Part shown: positions 18,033-27,552 of the stretch, piece by piece
Numbering within the stretch: the first letter of the stretch is position 1
Layout: each line of letters begins with the position of its first letter
NCBI RefSeq assembly: GCF_900232105.1
Contig: NZ_LT934425.1
Location: 4,200,001-4,232,000, forward strand
Direction: 5' to 3'
Length of the DNA stretch: 32,000 bases
Source: Candidatus Kuenenia stuttgartensis
Lineage (GTDB): Bacteria; Planctomycetota; Brocadiia; Brocadiales; Brocadiaceae
The notes under the pieces: generated by a model
What the model was told of the DNA's origin: nothing
Seen by the model: only the letters and a program-made list of their open reading frames with translations
Database searches by the model: none
Program-made: the position numbers and the translations under genes

Positions 18033-18619
18033 TTACCGTTGTGACTCTTCTTGGCGCTCTTTCTGCTCTTGATATTTCACATATTTACGTATCTTTTCCG
18101 TATCCAAACCAACGGTATCGACACAGTAACCTCTCGACCAGAAATGATTACCCCAATAAGGTTTTTGCTTCAAATGTCGAAACTTATTGAAAACTCGAAT
18201 AGCTGTTCTGCCTTTGATTATACCTACAAAATCGGATATCGATATCTTGGGTACTACCATGACAAGCAGATGAACATGGTCAATTTGTACATTTATAGTC
18301 AAACAAATAAGGTTTTCGAAAAATTTACACCTCCCAGTCCTCTCTATAAAGAGGGAATTAAGGGGCGTGCTTGTATAGTATGCTTAGTCAAATAAATCTG
18401 TTTTTTAGAAAGCCATTTTATTGCCAAATTCCTAAAATCATATTTGTTTGGCTATAACTCAACAACTTCACAGCCTTTTTGTTCAGAAAATGCTCTGATA
18501 CACTTACCTACTTCTTCTGCTACTTGACCAGTAAGTATTCTTAGACGATATTTTGGTGTCCAAAGAATATGATATTGACAATGCCATATCGTATGCGATA
18601 ATTTGCGAAATCGACTCAT
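18033..18619 (-). pseudogene. tnpA: IS200/IS605 Y1 transposase TnpA interrupted by a MITE
   Basis: MSRFRKLSHTIWHCQYHILWTPKYRLRILTG...CEVVEL|NVQIDHVHLLVMVVPKISISDFVGIIKGRTA...; the HxH motif HVH is present; 587 bp minus 161 bp = 426 bp in frame. Confidence 0.9.
18296..18454. mobile_element. Family-1 MITE, copy M3 (159-bp variant)
   Basis: tagtcaaacaaataaggttttcgaaa...atttgtttggcta; TA duplication at 18294-18295 and 18455-18456. Confidence 0.88.
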
Positions 18620-18836
18620 TTGTTACTCCTTTGTTGATGTTGTGGGGACAACTCAACTTAGATTGTAACAATGAGTCGTTTTACTGGCAAAGCCTTTAAA
18701 CTCTGACCACGCCCACAGGGCGTGGTTTTCCACATTATTAATAAACATAAACAAACACAGTGTCTTGCCAGATTGGAATTATACAATTTCACTTAACTAA
18801 ATTAATAAAAATACCAAATTATTTTTGGACCGTGCC

Positions 18837-20105
18837 TATGGTGGCGCAGGTATCCGTTCCTTCCACCCCCTTCACCCCCGCCAGCGGGGGACATGTATCA
18901 ACCAGCAGCGTATCCTGCGGCTCTGCAAGCGCCTTCACCCCCACCAACGGGAGATATATATCCGCCACCCGTTGGAGGGTGCCAGGTAAAGCAAGGCACT
19001 GCGCAAGAACCGGTCGAGGATCTGTCCCCCTTTGGAGGGGGTTAGGGGGAGGAGCTTTGGGCGTGGTCAAGTTTATGGCAGGCTCTGCGCCCTTTGCGTC
19101 TTTGCGGTGAATCACCTCCACCTGATGTCCCGGTTGGGTGCGCTCCGTCCATTCGGCCGGTGCAGGATGGGATTCATCCAAACCACATACCCTGTTCAGT
19201 ATCCTGAACGAACCTTCAATCTCTCTCTTTTCTCCGTCGATTATCTGATAAATATACGGTTTTTTATGGATGATGCTGCCTTCTTTAAGGATGATTTCCA
19301 TGTCGCCGTCTTCCCTGATGCGCAAGTCTTCTATCCCTTCATAACACAACTGAACACGGGACGGACTGACTCCTGGCTTCACGATGACGTCATATTCCAT
19401 CTGACGGTTGTTGCCGTAAAACCGCATATCGACGCCGTCGTAAATATTTTTGTACTCAACCGCGCCAAAGGTGGGGATATTGGTACGCCACTTCTCAGGA
19501 CTGCCTACAAAGTAATTGATCTTGCATTCCTGCATATCCTCCGCAATGATCCCGGGGTCTTTGTTTGCGCCAAGAGGAAATAGCCGTATGTGTTCCTGCG
19601 GCTGTGGGCTAGGAATTGCAGATCGAGGATTGGCGGATTCCGTTTTTTTGCTGCGTGTCAGCGAGAGATATATCCCTTTTTTGGTAAAGAACATGCCCTG
19701 TCCGCTGCCTTTTTCATAATACTGTACCCGCTCATCCACCTGCCCGTCATTCTGTATGAAATAGAGGGGCAATTTCCCGTAAGATTCCTGCACGGAGGTG
19801 CGTACCGCCTCGCCCGGTTCCGGTGTGCCGCTGACGTCTTCGGGGATGAATAGACCGTTTAAGCCGTTCAAGTCATTTAAAATGTTTGAACCGGATTGTT
19901 GGTTGCGCTCAACCGACCTGCATGGCTGTGCCGGAACATTTACGGCACGTCCGTTTATCGTGAATACCGGGTCACTATGTACACCGATATCCCATTCATA
20001 GTCGGCCGATACGGCATCCTCCATTCCATGCCCTATATCTGTATAAATCCCAACAGCCAAAGCGATAAAAAACAATGTACACCACAAGCGTACTACCCTA
20101 CACAT
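18837..20105 (-). pseudogene. N-terminal portion of SBBP secreted protein separated from its C-terminus by inversion
   Basis: Signal peptide, then LYFIQNDGQVDERVQYYEKGSGQGMFFTKKGIYLSL...INYFVGSPEKWRTNIPTFGAVEYKNIYDGVDMRFYG...; homologous to the N-terminus of the 1092-aa ORF; ends at the ISAzo13 B boundary. Confidence 0.85.
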
Positions 20106-20222
20106 AAATACACTCCTTTCGATAATTCAACAGAAGTTAGAAGACAGAAGGCATCGTACTATTTGAATGGCTGCGTAGCTGCGAAACCTCTGTGGTTCAC
20201 ATTCATATCATTCAAATAAATA

Positions 20223-20444
20223 GTAACACTTTAGTTTTTTGAAAAATGTACTACCTATAAGTTCCGTAGGAGCGACATGTCTCTTGTAAATCCATATTAA
20301 ACAGGTCTGCCTGAATACGGACAGGCCGCTCCTACGGAGCTATTTACCTTATTGAATTTTATTGCTCTACAAACAGACCGCCCCTAACAGGGCTACATGG
20401 TATTTTTTCTATCCCGGGAATTTTTCAAGAAACTAAAGTGTTAC
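20223..20444. mobile_element. Family-2 small non-autonomous element, copy b, 222 bp
   Basis: TIR gtaacactttagtttttt... / ...aaactaaagtgttac; 8-bp TSD aataaata at 20215-20222 and 20445-20452. Confidence 0.88.
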
Positions 20445-20471
20445 AATAAATAACATTCCTCATAAACAATT

Positions 20472-20717
20472 TTATCTTTTTTCAGAAAACCAGGGTAAAG
20501 CATTTGTCTGATTGGGCTTAAAGGTATTGGCGTAAAAGGTTACCAGTCCATCCACCTGGCCATTATTGGCAATGAAGGGAATTTGGATGCGATGTATGTT
20601 CTGCCTGGTATGTTCCTTTGATACTGCTTCTGCCTTTTGGCTACCTGAAACTGTGTATTGGGCAAGAAATACCAGTAACAACACTATTGCCGATGTAATA
20701 AATAATCCCTTTTTCAT
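20472..20717 (-). pseudogene. N-terminal remnant of another SBBP-type secreted protein
   Basis: RIQIPFIANNGQVDGLVTFYANTF matches KLQIPFISNEGQMGEKVKFYANTF of the 24642 ORF; truncated after about 70 aa. Confidence 0.7.
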
Positions 20718-20969
20718 AATTTCTGCCTCTTTCCGCCTGTCTGCAAACAGGCTTTTTTATTCTACAGTATTACAATGTAAAAACTTTTTTTGTAAGTGGA
20801 GACAGGTTAAAACCTGTCTCTACGCCTTTGCGTTCTATGTTCTTTTTTTGGCTGTGTTATTGAATCTAAAGAATCTTAACATTTTAGTTTTTTGAAAAAG
20901 ATATTCACGTATTCCCGTTATATAACAGGAATAAAACATTTTCCTTGTAGTGCAAGGCATGCCTTGCCA

Positions 20970-21203
20970 TTATTCAAATTTCTTATCTATCTCTTCTTTG
21001 TTATCAAAATAATAGCTAAGGGCATCAAATAACTGCGCGGGGGTTAGGCTTGGATAGCCATCAAGTATCTCCTCTATCCCCATGCCTGAACGGTAGTGAT
21101 TTACAATTGATGCAACGGGGATCCTTGTGCCTTTAATAATGGCTTTACCCTCATATTTGCCAGGGTCTTTTTCGATATATCGATGTTGGGTACTTACAAA
21201 CAT
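20970..21203 (-). CDS. DUF433 domain protein (VapB-like antitoxin type)
   Basis: GKAIIKGTRIPVASIVNHYRSGMGIEEILDGYPSLTPAQLFDALSYYFDNKEEI is the DUF433 signature. Confidence 0.85.
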   Translation of the reverse strand: MFVSTQHRYIEKDPGKYEGKAIIKGTRIPVASIVNHYRSGMGIEEILDGYPSLTPAQLFDALSYYFDNKEEIDKKFE

Positions 21204-21363
21204 TTTATGCCTCCTTAATCGGAAAGGTAAATAATACTATCCGGCTTAGAAAAACATAGTCTCTTTTTTTATAAAACATCGATTACATATTACGCTACTA
21301 CCCATATAAACTTATGGGTTCGGGTTGCAAACCACCCATGGTTCTTATGGCTGTCAATGCTTC

Positions 21364-24300
21364 TTACTTCACCTTTACCATTAATTTCGCCTTCTTTTTC
21401 AAGCCTTTTGGGGAAAATACAATCCCGGCGGCGCCTTTTTTATTATATGCCGTTACAGTAAATGCCGCTTTACCATACGCATCGGTTGTTGCGCTGGAAG
21501 TAACACTGACCTTCTTCTTACTTCGGCGGTTAAGCCTTGCTTTAACTACCGTGCCTTCAACCGGGCATCCGTCAGTACCCAGCACCGATACGGTTACCGT
21601 GTCTGACTGATTTCTCATAATTACCAACTTCTTCTCAGGATCTGTCGTAATCGTCTCAGCCTTGCAGGCTTCATCGGTGGGTGTTGGCGTAGCTGTTGTG
21701 GTAAAAACTTCTTCGTTTCCATATGAATAACAAGGTGTAAAGTCTGGAATAATCTCTATCCTGTATTTATATATTCTGTAATAATAAGTCGTCCCAGCAG
21801 ATAGCCCACTTACCCTTACGCTTTTACTTCCTGCTTCTACAAATGCAGAACTGGAATCGTCACCTTCGATATGTATTCTATTGGTATATGATTCACTAGA
21901 AGTGCCCCACTCAAAACCCAATTCCCCTCTTACTGAAAACTCCCCTCCAACCAATCCGTTTAAAGTGGCAGAATCCGATGTTACATCCGTTGCTTTATAT
22001 GTTTCTAAGATAATCCCTCCATCGCATGGTGCAGTTGTGGTGACTGTGGGAGTCGGTGACGGCGATGTCGTATCCGCCGAGAGGTCGCCATCCAGTTTGG
22101 ATATAAAGACATCAGAACCACCACTAAAAGAGGTATCATATGCGCCAGTGGTAGTGGGAAAGCCTGATGAATATGTATATCCGGCCACATAGACGTTCCC
22201 GCTTGAATCTATGGCTAATGACGTTGCCCCCTCACCCTCAGAGCTACCAAGGTAAGTGGAGGCAAGCAGGCTACTCAGATTGCTGCTCATTTTTGATATA
22301 AATACTTCATATTCCATATTCACACTACCATAATCAAAATCTGCACTTATGTCATAGGCGCCTGAGGTTGTGGGAAATAAACCGTTTGTATCACCAGTCA
22401 CATACACATTACCACTCGAATCCAAGGCCAATGAACCTGCAGAATCATTACCTGACCTTTTATCATACTCAATGACATCTTCTGCACCCAGAAAGGTCGA
22501 GGCGAGCAGGCTACTGAGATCATTGTTTAACTTTGATATGAATGCATCATCATATATACCATGAGAGGTATCATATGCATCTGAGGTAACAGGGAAGTCT
22601 GGTGAATTTGTATATCCAGTCACATAGACACTTCCGCTTGGATCTATGTCCATCGAATTTGCCCTGTCGTCAGATGCCTCGTCGATATCATAAGAACCAC
22701 CCCCGAGATACGTGGAAGCCTGAAGTGTGGATAATGAACTATCCAGCTTTGAAATAAAGACATCAAAACCATCATTAAAAGATGTATCATATGCACCGCT
22801 GGTGGTGGGAAAGTCGCTTGAAGAGGTGTTGCCCGTTACATAGACATTATTACTACTGTCGAGGGCTATGGCATAAGCGTAATCACTATCAGAACCTCCG
22901 AGATACGTGGAAGCCTGGAGGGTGGATAATGAACTGTCCAACTTGGAAATAAAGGCATCATCACCGTCATAGGATGTATCATATGCACCGCTTGTGGTTG
23001 GAAAGTCGCTTGAAGAGGTGTTGCCCGTTACATAGACGTTATTGCTGCCGTCAAGGGCTATGGCATAAGCGTAATCACTATCAGAACCTCCGAGATACGT
23101 GGAAGCCTGGAGGGTGGATAATGAACTGTCCAACTTGGTGATAAAGACGTCTCTGTCACCACCAAGGGAGGTATCATAGGCCCCGCTGGTGACGGGAAAG
23201 TCGGTTGAAGAGGTGTTGCCCGTTACATAGACGTTATTGCTGCCGTCAAAGGCTATGGTATAAACGCGATCACTATCAGAACCTCCGAGATACGTGGAAG
23301 CCTGGAGGGTAGATAATGAACTGTCCAGCTTGGTGATAAAAACGTCTCTGTCACCACCAAGGGGGGTATCATAGGCCCCGCTGGTGACGGGAAAGTCGGT
23401 TGAAGAGGTGTTGCCCGTTACATAGACGTTATTGCTGCCATCAATCGCAATAGCCACGCCATAATCATTAGAAGAACCTCCTAAGTAGGTAGAGGCCAGC
23501 AACGGATCAATGACAAGTTCCTTTGTTTTGTCATAAGAAGCAACCTTAAAACCATAAATCAGGGATTGGGAATCAGGTACCTGGAATTCGGGGTTTATTA
23601 ATTTAGAGTTATGAGTTTTGGAATTCAACACACCCCTTACCTCTCTTTTTAGAGGGGAAATGTCGGGTTCTTCTCTGTTCTGAATATTGTATTCAACTTC
23701 AACGTTGACTTTTTTACCCTCTATTTCCTGATATGCCACTGGTTTGGTGAATGTTACGGGGCCAAGTTCGGTTTCTGCTACGAGCTGGCCTTGTTCGTTT
23801 ACCCACAACCCGCTTGCCCTTAATCCACCCCCTCCCCCCGCCAGCGGGGGACAATCCTTCACGGAGCTTGTAAAAGGGGATAAAGGAGGTTGTATGCCGC
23901 TCAGATTTATTTTTATCTGGTCGGGATTAGCACCCGGTTTTACATAAAAGAGTTTTTCTACGTTGTTTCCATACGCCTTCAGTTTTAATTCTATGCCCTT
24001 ATAGACTTCTCCAAGATCAACCACATCATACGTGGAAATATTGCTTTTCCACTTCTTCTGGTCATTTCCCCTAAAATAATTTACCTTTGTTACCGACGTA
24101 CCTTCTCCCTTTATTCCCTTTACTTTTGCGCCGACAAGCGTTTCTTTTAATGCAACGCCCTGTAATAACATATTAGGATTCAGGGTTTGTGAGTTTGGGG
24201 TTGGGGAATGTAAATCGCTGATTTGTTGGGTGCGCTCCGCCCATTCGACAAGCGCAGGGCAAGCTTCATCCAGCCTACACGATTTGATGCATGAATCACG

Positions 24301-24642
24301 ATTTTCATGTATCTCGCATCCCGCATCGTGTATCACACCGGGCGAATGCCATTCGCCACTACTGTCAGCATTCTTAGCTTCCGATCTTTTTGGCAGTGAA
24401 TAAACAATCTCCCCCTCATTCGTGACAAATACCGTCCCGCCAAAGGTATTAGCGTAAAATTTAACCTTTTCGCCCATCTGTCCTTCATTGGAAATAAAGG
24501 GAATCTGGAGTTTTCCTATCTTTTGGTTAACCGCCTTGTTTGACGGTTTACCTGTGCCTTCTTGCGCAAATAACGGAAAAGCAAAACCAAATAACAATAA
24601 AAGCACTATCGAAAAGTTAAAAATATGGGTCCTTTTTTTCAT
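21364..24642 (-). CDS. Large secreted SBBP-repeat protein with FnIII-like and Big-like C-terminal domains
   Basis: 1092 aa; signal peptide; about nine 60-65-aa repeats ASTYLGGSxxDxxxAIAxDxSNNVYVTGxTxSxxFPxTxGAYDT; C-terminal PCDGGIILETYKATDVTSDSATLNGLV... and VTVSVLGTDGCPVEGTVVKARL. Confidence 0.9.
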   Translation of the reverse strand: MKKRTHIFNFSIVLLLLFGFAFPLFAQEGTGKPSNKAVNQKIGKLQIPFISNEGQMGEKVKFYANTFGGTVFVTNEGEIVYSLPKRSEAKNADSSGEWHSPGVIHDAGCEIHENRDSCIKSCRLDEACPALVEWAERTQQISDLHSPTPNSQTLNPNMLLQGVALKETLVGAKVKGIKGEGTSVTKVNYFRGNDQKKWKSNISTYDVVDLGEVYKGIELKLKAYGNNVEKLFYVKPGANPDQIKINLSGIQPPLSPFTSSVKDCPPLAGGGGGLRASGLWVNEQGQLVAETELGPVTFTKPVAYQEIEGKKVNVEVEYNIQNREEPDISPLKREVRGVLNSKTHNSKLINPEFQVPDSQSLIYGFKVASYDKTKELVIDPLLASTYLGGSSNDYGVAIAIDGSNNVYVTGNTSSTDFPVTSGAYDTPLGGDRDVFITKLDSSLSTLQASTYLGGSDSDRVYTIAFDGSNNVYVTGNTSSTDFPVTSGAYDTSLGGDRDVFITKLDSSLSTLQASTYLGGSDSDYAYAIALDGSNNVYVTGNTSSSDFPTTSGAYDTSYDGDDAFISKLDSSLSTLQASTYLGGSDSDYAYAIALDSSNNVYVTGNTSSSDFPTTSGAYDTSFNDGFDVFISKLDSSLSTLQASTYLGGGSYDIDEASDDRANSMDIDPSGSVYVTGYTNSPDFPVTSDAYDTSHGIYDDAFISKLNNDLSSLLASTFLGAEDVIEYDKRSGNDSAGSLALDSSGNVYVTGDTNGLFPTTSGAYDISADFDYGSVNMEYEVFISKMSSNLSSLLASTYLGSSEGEGATSLAIDSSGNVYVAGYTYSSGFPTTTGAYDTSFSGGSDVFISKLDGDLSADTTSPSPTPTVTTTAPCDGGIILETYKATDVTSDSATLNGLVGGEFSVRGELGFEWGTSSESYTNRIHIEGDDSSSAFVEAGSKSVRVSGLSAGTTYYYRIYKYRIEIIPDFTPCYSYGNEEVFTTTATPTPTDEACKAETITTDPEKKLVIMRNQSDTVTVSVLGTDGCPVEGTVVKARLNRRSKKKVSVTSSATTDAYGKAAFTVTAYNKKGAAGIVFSPKGLKKKAKLMVKVK

Positions 24643-25027
24643 AAGTATTGTCCCTTTAAATTAAGGTAAAAGTTTATAGGGTAAAATTGTGCGTGCATTA
24701 TAGACAACGCAATTCCATCGTCAATATTTAAAAAAGACCAACCACGCATGGGAGAAGCAATGTGGGGGCAGCCCATTAGAAGGTTTTCAAAAGGATAACC
24801 CTTGATTTGATTTGCCACGTAACAGAAAATGGTAAGCTCTACTTGTGGCTATTCAGCGTGAACATTATACAGCTTGTTCTGCGGTTCGGTCTTCTCTTTA
24901 AAAAACCGCATAAGGCCTGAACCCGCGAATGTAGTTTCCAGTACAATTACGTTCCCAAACAGATACTTCACTATGTTCAGTACAAGGTTTGAGAACGAGA
25001 GTATTAATGTTCAAAAACCCGGTTTTT

Positions 25028-26092
25028 TTACCTGCGTAGTTTTATGTACTCAATATCTTTCATTTCATACTTGCCCAATCCCTTTTTCCCTGCATTGACG
25101 ATGTGTTTTGCTTTTTGCGATACAGGCATTAAGCGGTTTTCTCTGCGTTTTGCATCTATTATATCAAGCCCTATCCGGTCTATTGCCACAGGGTCTGTTC
25201 CAAAAAACAACTGTTCTTCATTCCAAATAGTGTTGGAGGCCTTGGGTCTGGGGCCTCCTGAGAAGCATGCCTGTAATGCGTCAACAATATGCAGGCGCAG
25301 TTTATTTTTAATGGCAGGATGGGCGCAAACCTCCGCAGAAGCAGGGTCGCAGTAATAGGGTGAAGAATGAAACCGCGGGGTATTATTTATTACGCCAAAT
25401 CCGATATTTTTGAGACACAGGGTTACGCCGGCAATGCCATGGTCTTTCATTACCGGCACATTAATAATGGCAGTAGTCTGCTGCGTGACAATCCTGCTGA
25501 AAAGAGACCTTGCGCCGTCATCCTGGCGTAATTTCGGGTCATCGTCGTGCGATTCGTAATAGACATCCCTGTCGTATCCTGCCGTATGTTCCGTGCCGTA
25601 ATACCGTACGCCGGCGGTTCCTCTGTTTACCTCATAGCCTGCGCTGACCAGATGTTCTTCAAAACGGTCCCAGACGATGATATTATTTTCCTTAACGCCT
25701 GCAGCAAGCAACCCGGCTATGATGGCGTTTACCACTTCCGGTCTGGTAGAAAGCAATTTGCCGCCTATCGGGTTGATCTTGACGCCTACAACATCCTCCG
25801 ATGTAAAAAAACAGCGCCAGGCGTCTTTAGTGGTTTTTTTGCCGGTAAGCGCAAACATTCCTTCGTCCACCATTTTATCAACCCTTATTTGATCAGGGGC
25901 ACTCTTGCTTATAATCCCGATGTCTTTTACGGCAATAACCCTGCTCTTTGATAGCATATCGGTATCAGAATCTGCGCCAAAGGTTTCTCTGAAGCCATTA
26001 ATGCCCATAGCGCCTATTCCAACCCCAACGGCGCCCATCGCGGCATTCCTTAAGAAATCCCTACGAGAAAAATGATTGTTTTTTAAGTCCAT
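25028..26092 (-). CDS. DUF362-family protein with Tat signal peptide
   Basis: SRRDFLRNAAMGAVGVGIGAMG Tat leader; VGVKINPIGGKLLSTRPEVVNAIIAGLLAAGVKENNIIVWDRFEEHL; NVPVMKDHGIAGVTLCLKNIGFG; GTDPVAIDRIGLDII. Confidence 0.85.
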   Translation of the reverse strand: MDLKNNHFSRRDFLRNAAMGAVGVGIGAMGINGFRETFGADSDTDMLSKSRVIAVKDIGIISKSAPDQIRVDKMVDEGMFALTGKKTTKDAWRCFFTSEDVVGVKINPIGGKLLSTRPEVVNAIIAGLLAAGVKENNIIVWDRFEEHLVSAGYEVNRGTAGVRYYGTEHTAGYDRDVYYESHDDDPKLRQDDGARSLFSRIVTQQTTAIINVPVMKDHGIAGVTLCLKNIGFGVINNTPRFHSSPYYCDPASAEVCAHPAIKNKLRLHIVDALQACFSGGPRPKASNTIWNEEQLFFGTDPVAIDRIGLDIIDAKRRENRLMPVSQKAKHIVNAGKKGLGKYEMKDIEYIKLRR

Positions 26093-26130
26093 AACATCCT
26101 CCTCTTTAAAATGTCAAGAAATTAAGGAAC

Positions 26131-27552
26131 CTATATATTTTTATTTAATTCATACCTTTCAATCACACCGGCGCCAACGCTATCGCCCCACACGTTTACT
26201 GCAGTACGGAATCTGTCTAAAATCCAATCAATTGCCAGGATTAATCCAATGCCTTCGATGGGTAAGCCAACGGACTTAAGCACTATTACCATAGTAATTA
26301 ATCCCGCCTCCGGAATGCCTGCAGCGCCTATGGCTGCAGGTGTTGCGGTAACAAATATAATGATTTGCATTGCGGGCGTCATGGTTATTCCATATGCCTG
26401 GGCGATAAATATCGCGGTAACTGCTTCGTAGAGAGCCGTTCCGTCCATATTTATTGTTGCTCCCAACGGAAGAACAAAACTTGCCGTTCTATTTGAAATT
26501 TTATTTTTTTCTTCAGCGCATTGCATGGTAAGCGGAAGGGTCGCCGAGCTGGACGCTGTAGAAAATGCATTTAGCAAGGCGGCGCTCATGCCTTTTCCAA
26601 AAATAACAGGACTCCTTTTCCCGAATATTTTTAGTATGAGGGGCAAAATAACGAAACCGTGAATGGCAAGACCGATTAAAACCGTAAAAGAATATTTTCC
26701 CAGTAAGTACAATTCAGGAATGAATCCGCTGAATCCCCCTGCCTGTCCAACCCTGGAAGAAATCAAACCGAAAATACCAATAGGCGCAATATACAGCACC
26801 CAGTGTGTTATTTTCATAACCGCATCATTGAGAATAGAAATGACATTAACCGCAGATTGGGCTTTTGGCCCCAATGCAGATAATGACAGACCAATTAAGA
26901 TGGAAAAGACAATTAAGGGCAGAATCTCCATTTGAGCCATTGCGGCAAAAATATTATGTGGCAACATCCCCTGCTTCCCGCTTTCTTTGTCACCTATTAG
27001 TATTTGTCGAAAGACGCCTCCCATCGTATCCTCATTGACACCATAGGGATTATTTTCCTGTATTGTGTAAGATGCGTCAGGATAGATTTCACCTGTCGAC
27101 AACCCTTTTCCAGGCTGAATAATGTTTACCAGGGCAATACCGATCAGTACGGCAATACATGTCGTTGTCAGGTAGTAAACTATTGTGCGCCAGCCAAGTG
27201 TCCCAAGACTGCTAAGATCGCCGAGATTTGTTATTCCAACAATAAGCGATAAAATAACAATGGGAATTACAAGCATCATTAATGCGTTGATGAATATTTC
27301 GCCCAGCAGGGAAAATTTGACTGCTATGTCAGGAACGAATCCCCCCGTTACCATACCTGCAACTACCGCAATAATAATATACAACCTAAATCCTGCAAAC
27401 AAGGCAAAGCCTTGTTGCAGGAATAGGATTGAAATGGTAGGATTTCCAAGGTATTCGGCGGTATATTGATAACAAAAAACACCTGAAAGGAGATTCACCA
27501 TTTCGATGAAGAATATAGCAAAAAAATACAGCAAAAGACAACCGAAAATCAA
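26131..27552 (-). CDS. Dicarboxylate/amino acid:cation symporter (DAACS/GltP-type); true start uncertain
   Basis: TTCIAVLIGIALVNIIQPG, AFSTASSSATLPLTMQCAEE, VLPLGATINMDGTALYEAVTAIFIAQ, AIGAAGIPEAGLITMVIVL, IDWILDRFRTAVNVWGDSVGA. N-terminus is unusual and adjoins IS1380 copy 2. Confidence 0.88.
   Translation of the reverse strand: MIFGCLLLYFFAIFFIEMVNLLSGVFCYQYTAEYLGNPTISILFLQQGFALFAGFRLYIIIAVVAGMVTGGFVPDIAVKFSLLGEIFINALMMLVIPIVILSLIVGITNLGDLSSLGTLGWRTIVYYLTTTCIAVLIGIALVNIIQPGKGLSTGEIYPDASYTIQENNPYGVNEDTMGGVFRQILIGDKESGKQGMLPHNIFAAMAQMEILPLIVFSILIGLSLSALGPKAQSAVNVISILNDAVMKITHWVLYIAPIGIFGLISSRVGQAGGFSGFIPELYLLGKYSFTVLIGLAIHGFVILPLILKIFGKRSPVIFGKGMSAALLNAFSTASSSATLPLTMQCAEEKNKISNRTASFVLPLGATINMDGTALYEAVTAIFIAQAYGITMTPAMQIIIFVTATPAAIGAAGIPEAGLITMVIVLKSVGLPIEGIGLILAIDWILDRFRTAVNVWGDSVGAGVIERYELNKNI

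Larger units (their letters stand above)
17927..18740 (-). mobile_element. IS200/IS605-type element (tnpA only), nested in ISAzo13 B
   Basis: Exact insertion relative to the empty site in copy A (aaagaa|ataaac); subterminal hairpins ccacccgcggagcaggtgg and accacgcccacagggcgtggt; encodes a Y1 transposase. Confidence 0.88.
16110..18836 (+). mobile_element. ISAzo13-family element B, 1913 bp plus an 814-bp nested insertion
   Basis: Near-identical to element A; 2727 bp minus 17927-18740 (814 bp) gives exactly 1913 bp. Confidence 0.9.

Noticed and set aside
18760-20219. Plus-strand ORFs of 67-183 aa
   Set aside because: Antisense shadows of the SBBP N-terminal segment.
20762-20935. Possible fourth family-2 element (attacaatgtaaaaac... 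/ ...ttaacattttagttttttgaaaaag) with a gagacaggttaaaacctgtctc hairpin
   Set aside because: The termini are in the wrong relative orientation and no 8-bp duplication was found; too degenerate to call.
22800-23480. Regular ~195-bp direct repeats considered as a CRISPR-like or satellite array
   Set aside because: They are in-frame SBBP protein repeats; no short repeat/spacer structure and no cas genes anywhere in the window.
25044-25951. Several plus-strand ORFs (103, 134 and 71 aa)
   Set aside because: All antisense to the clear DUF362 gene; no domains.
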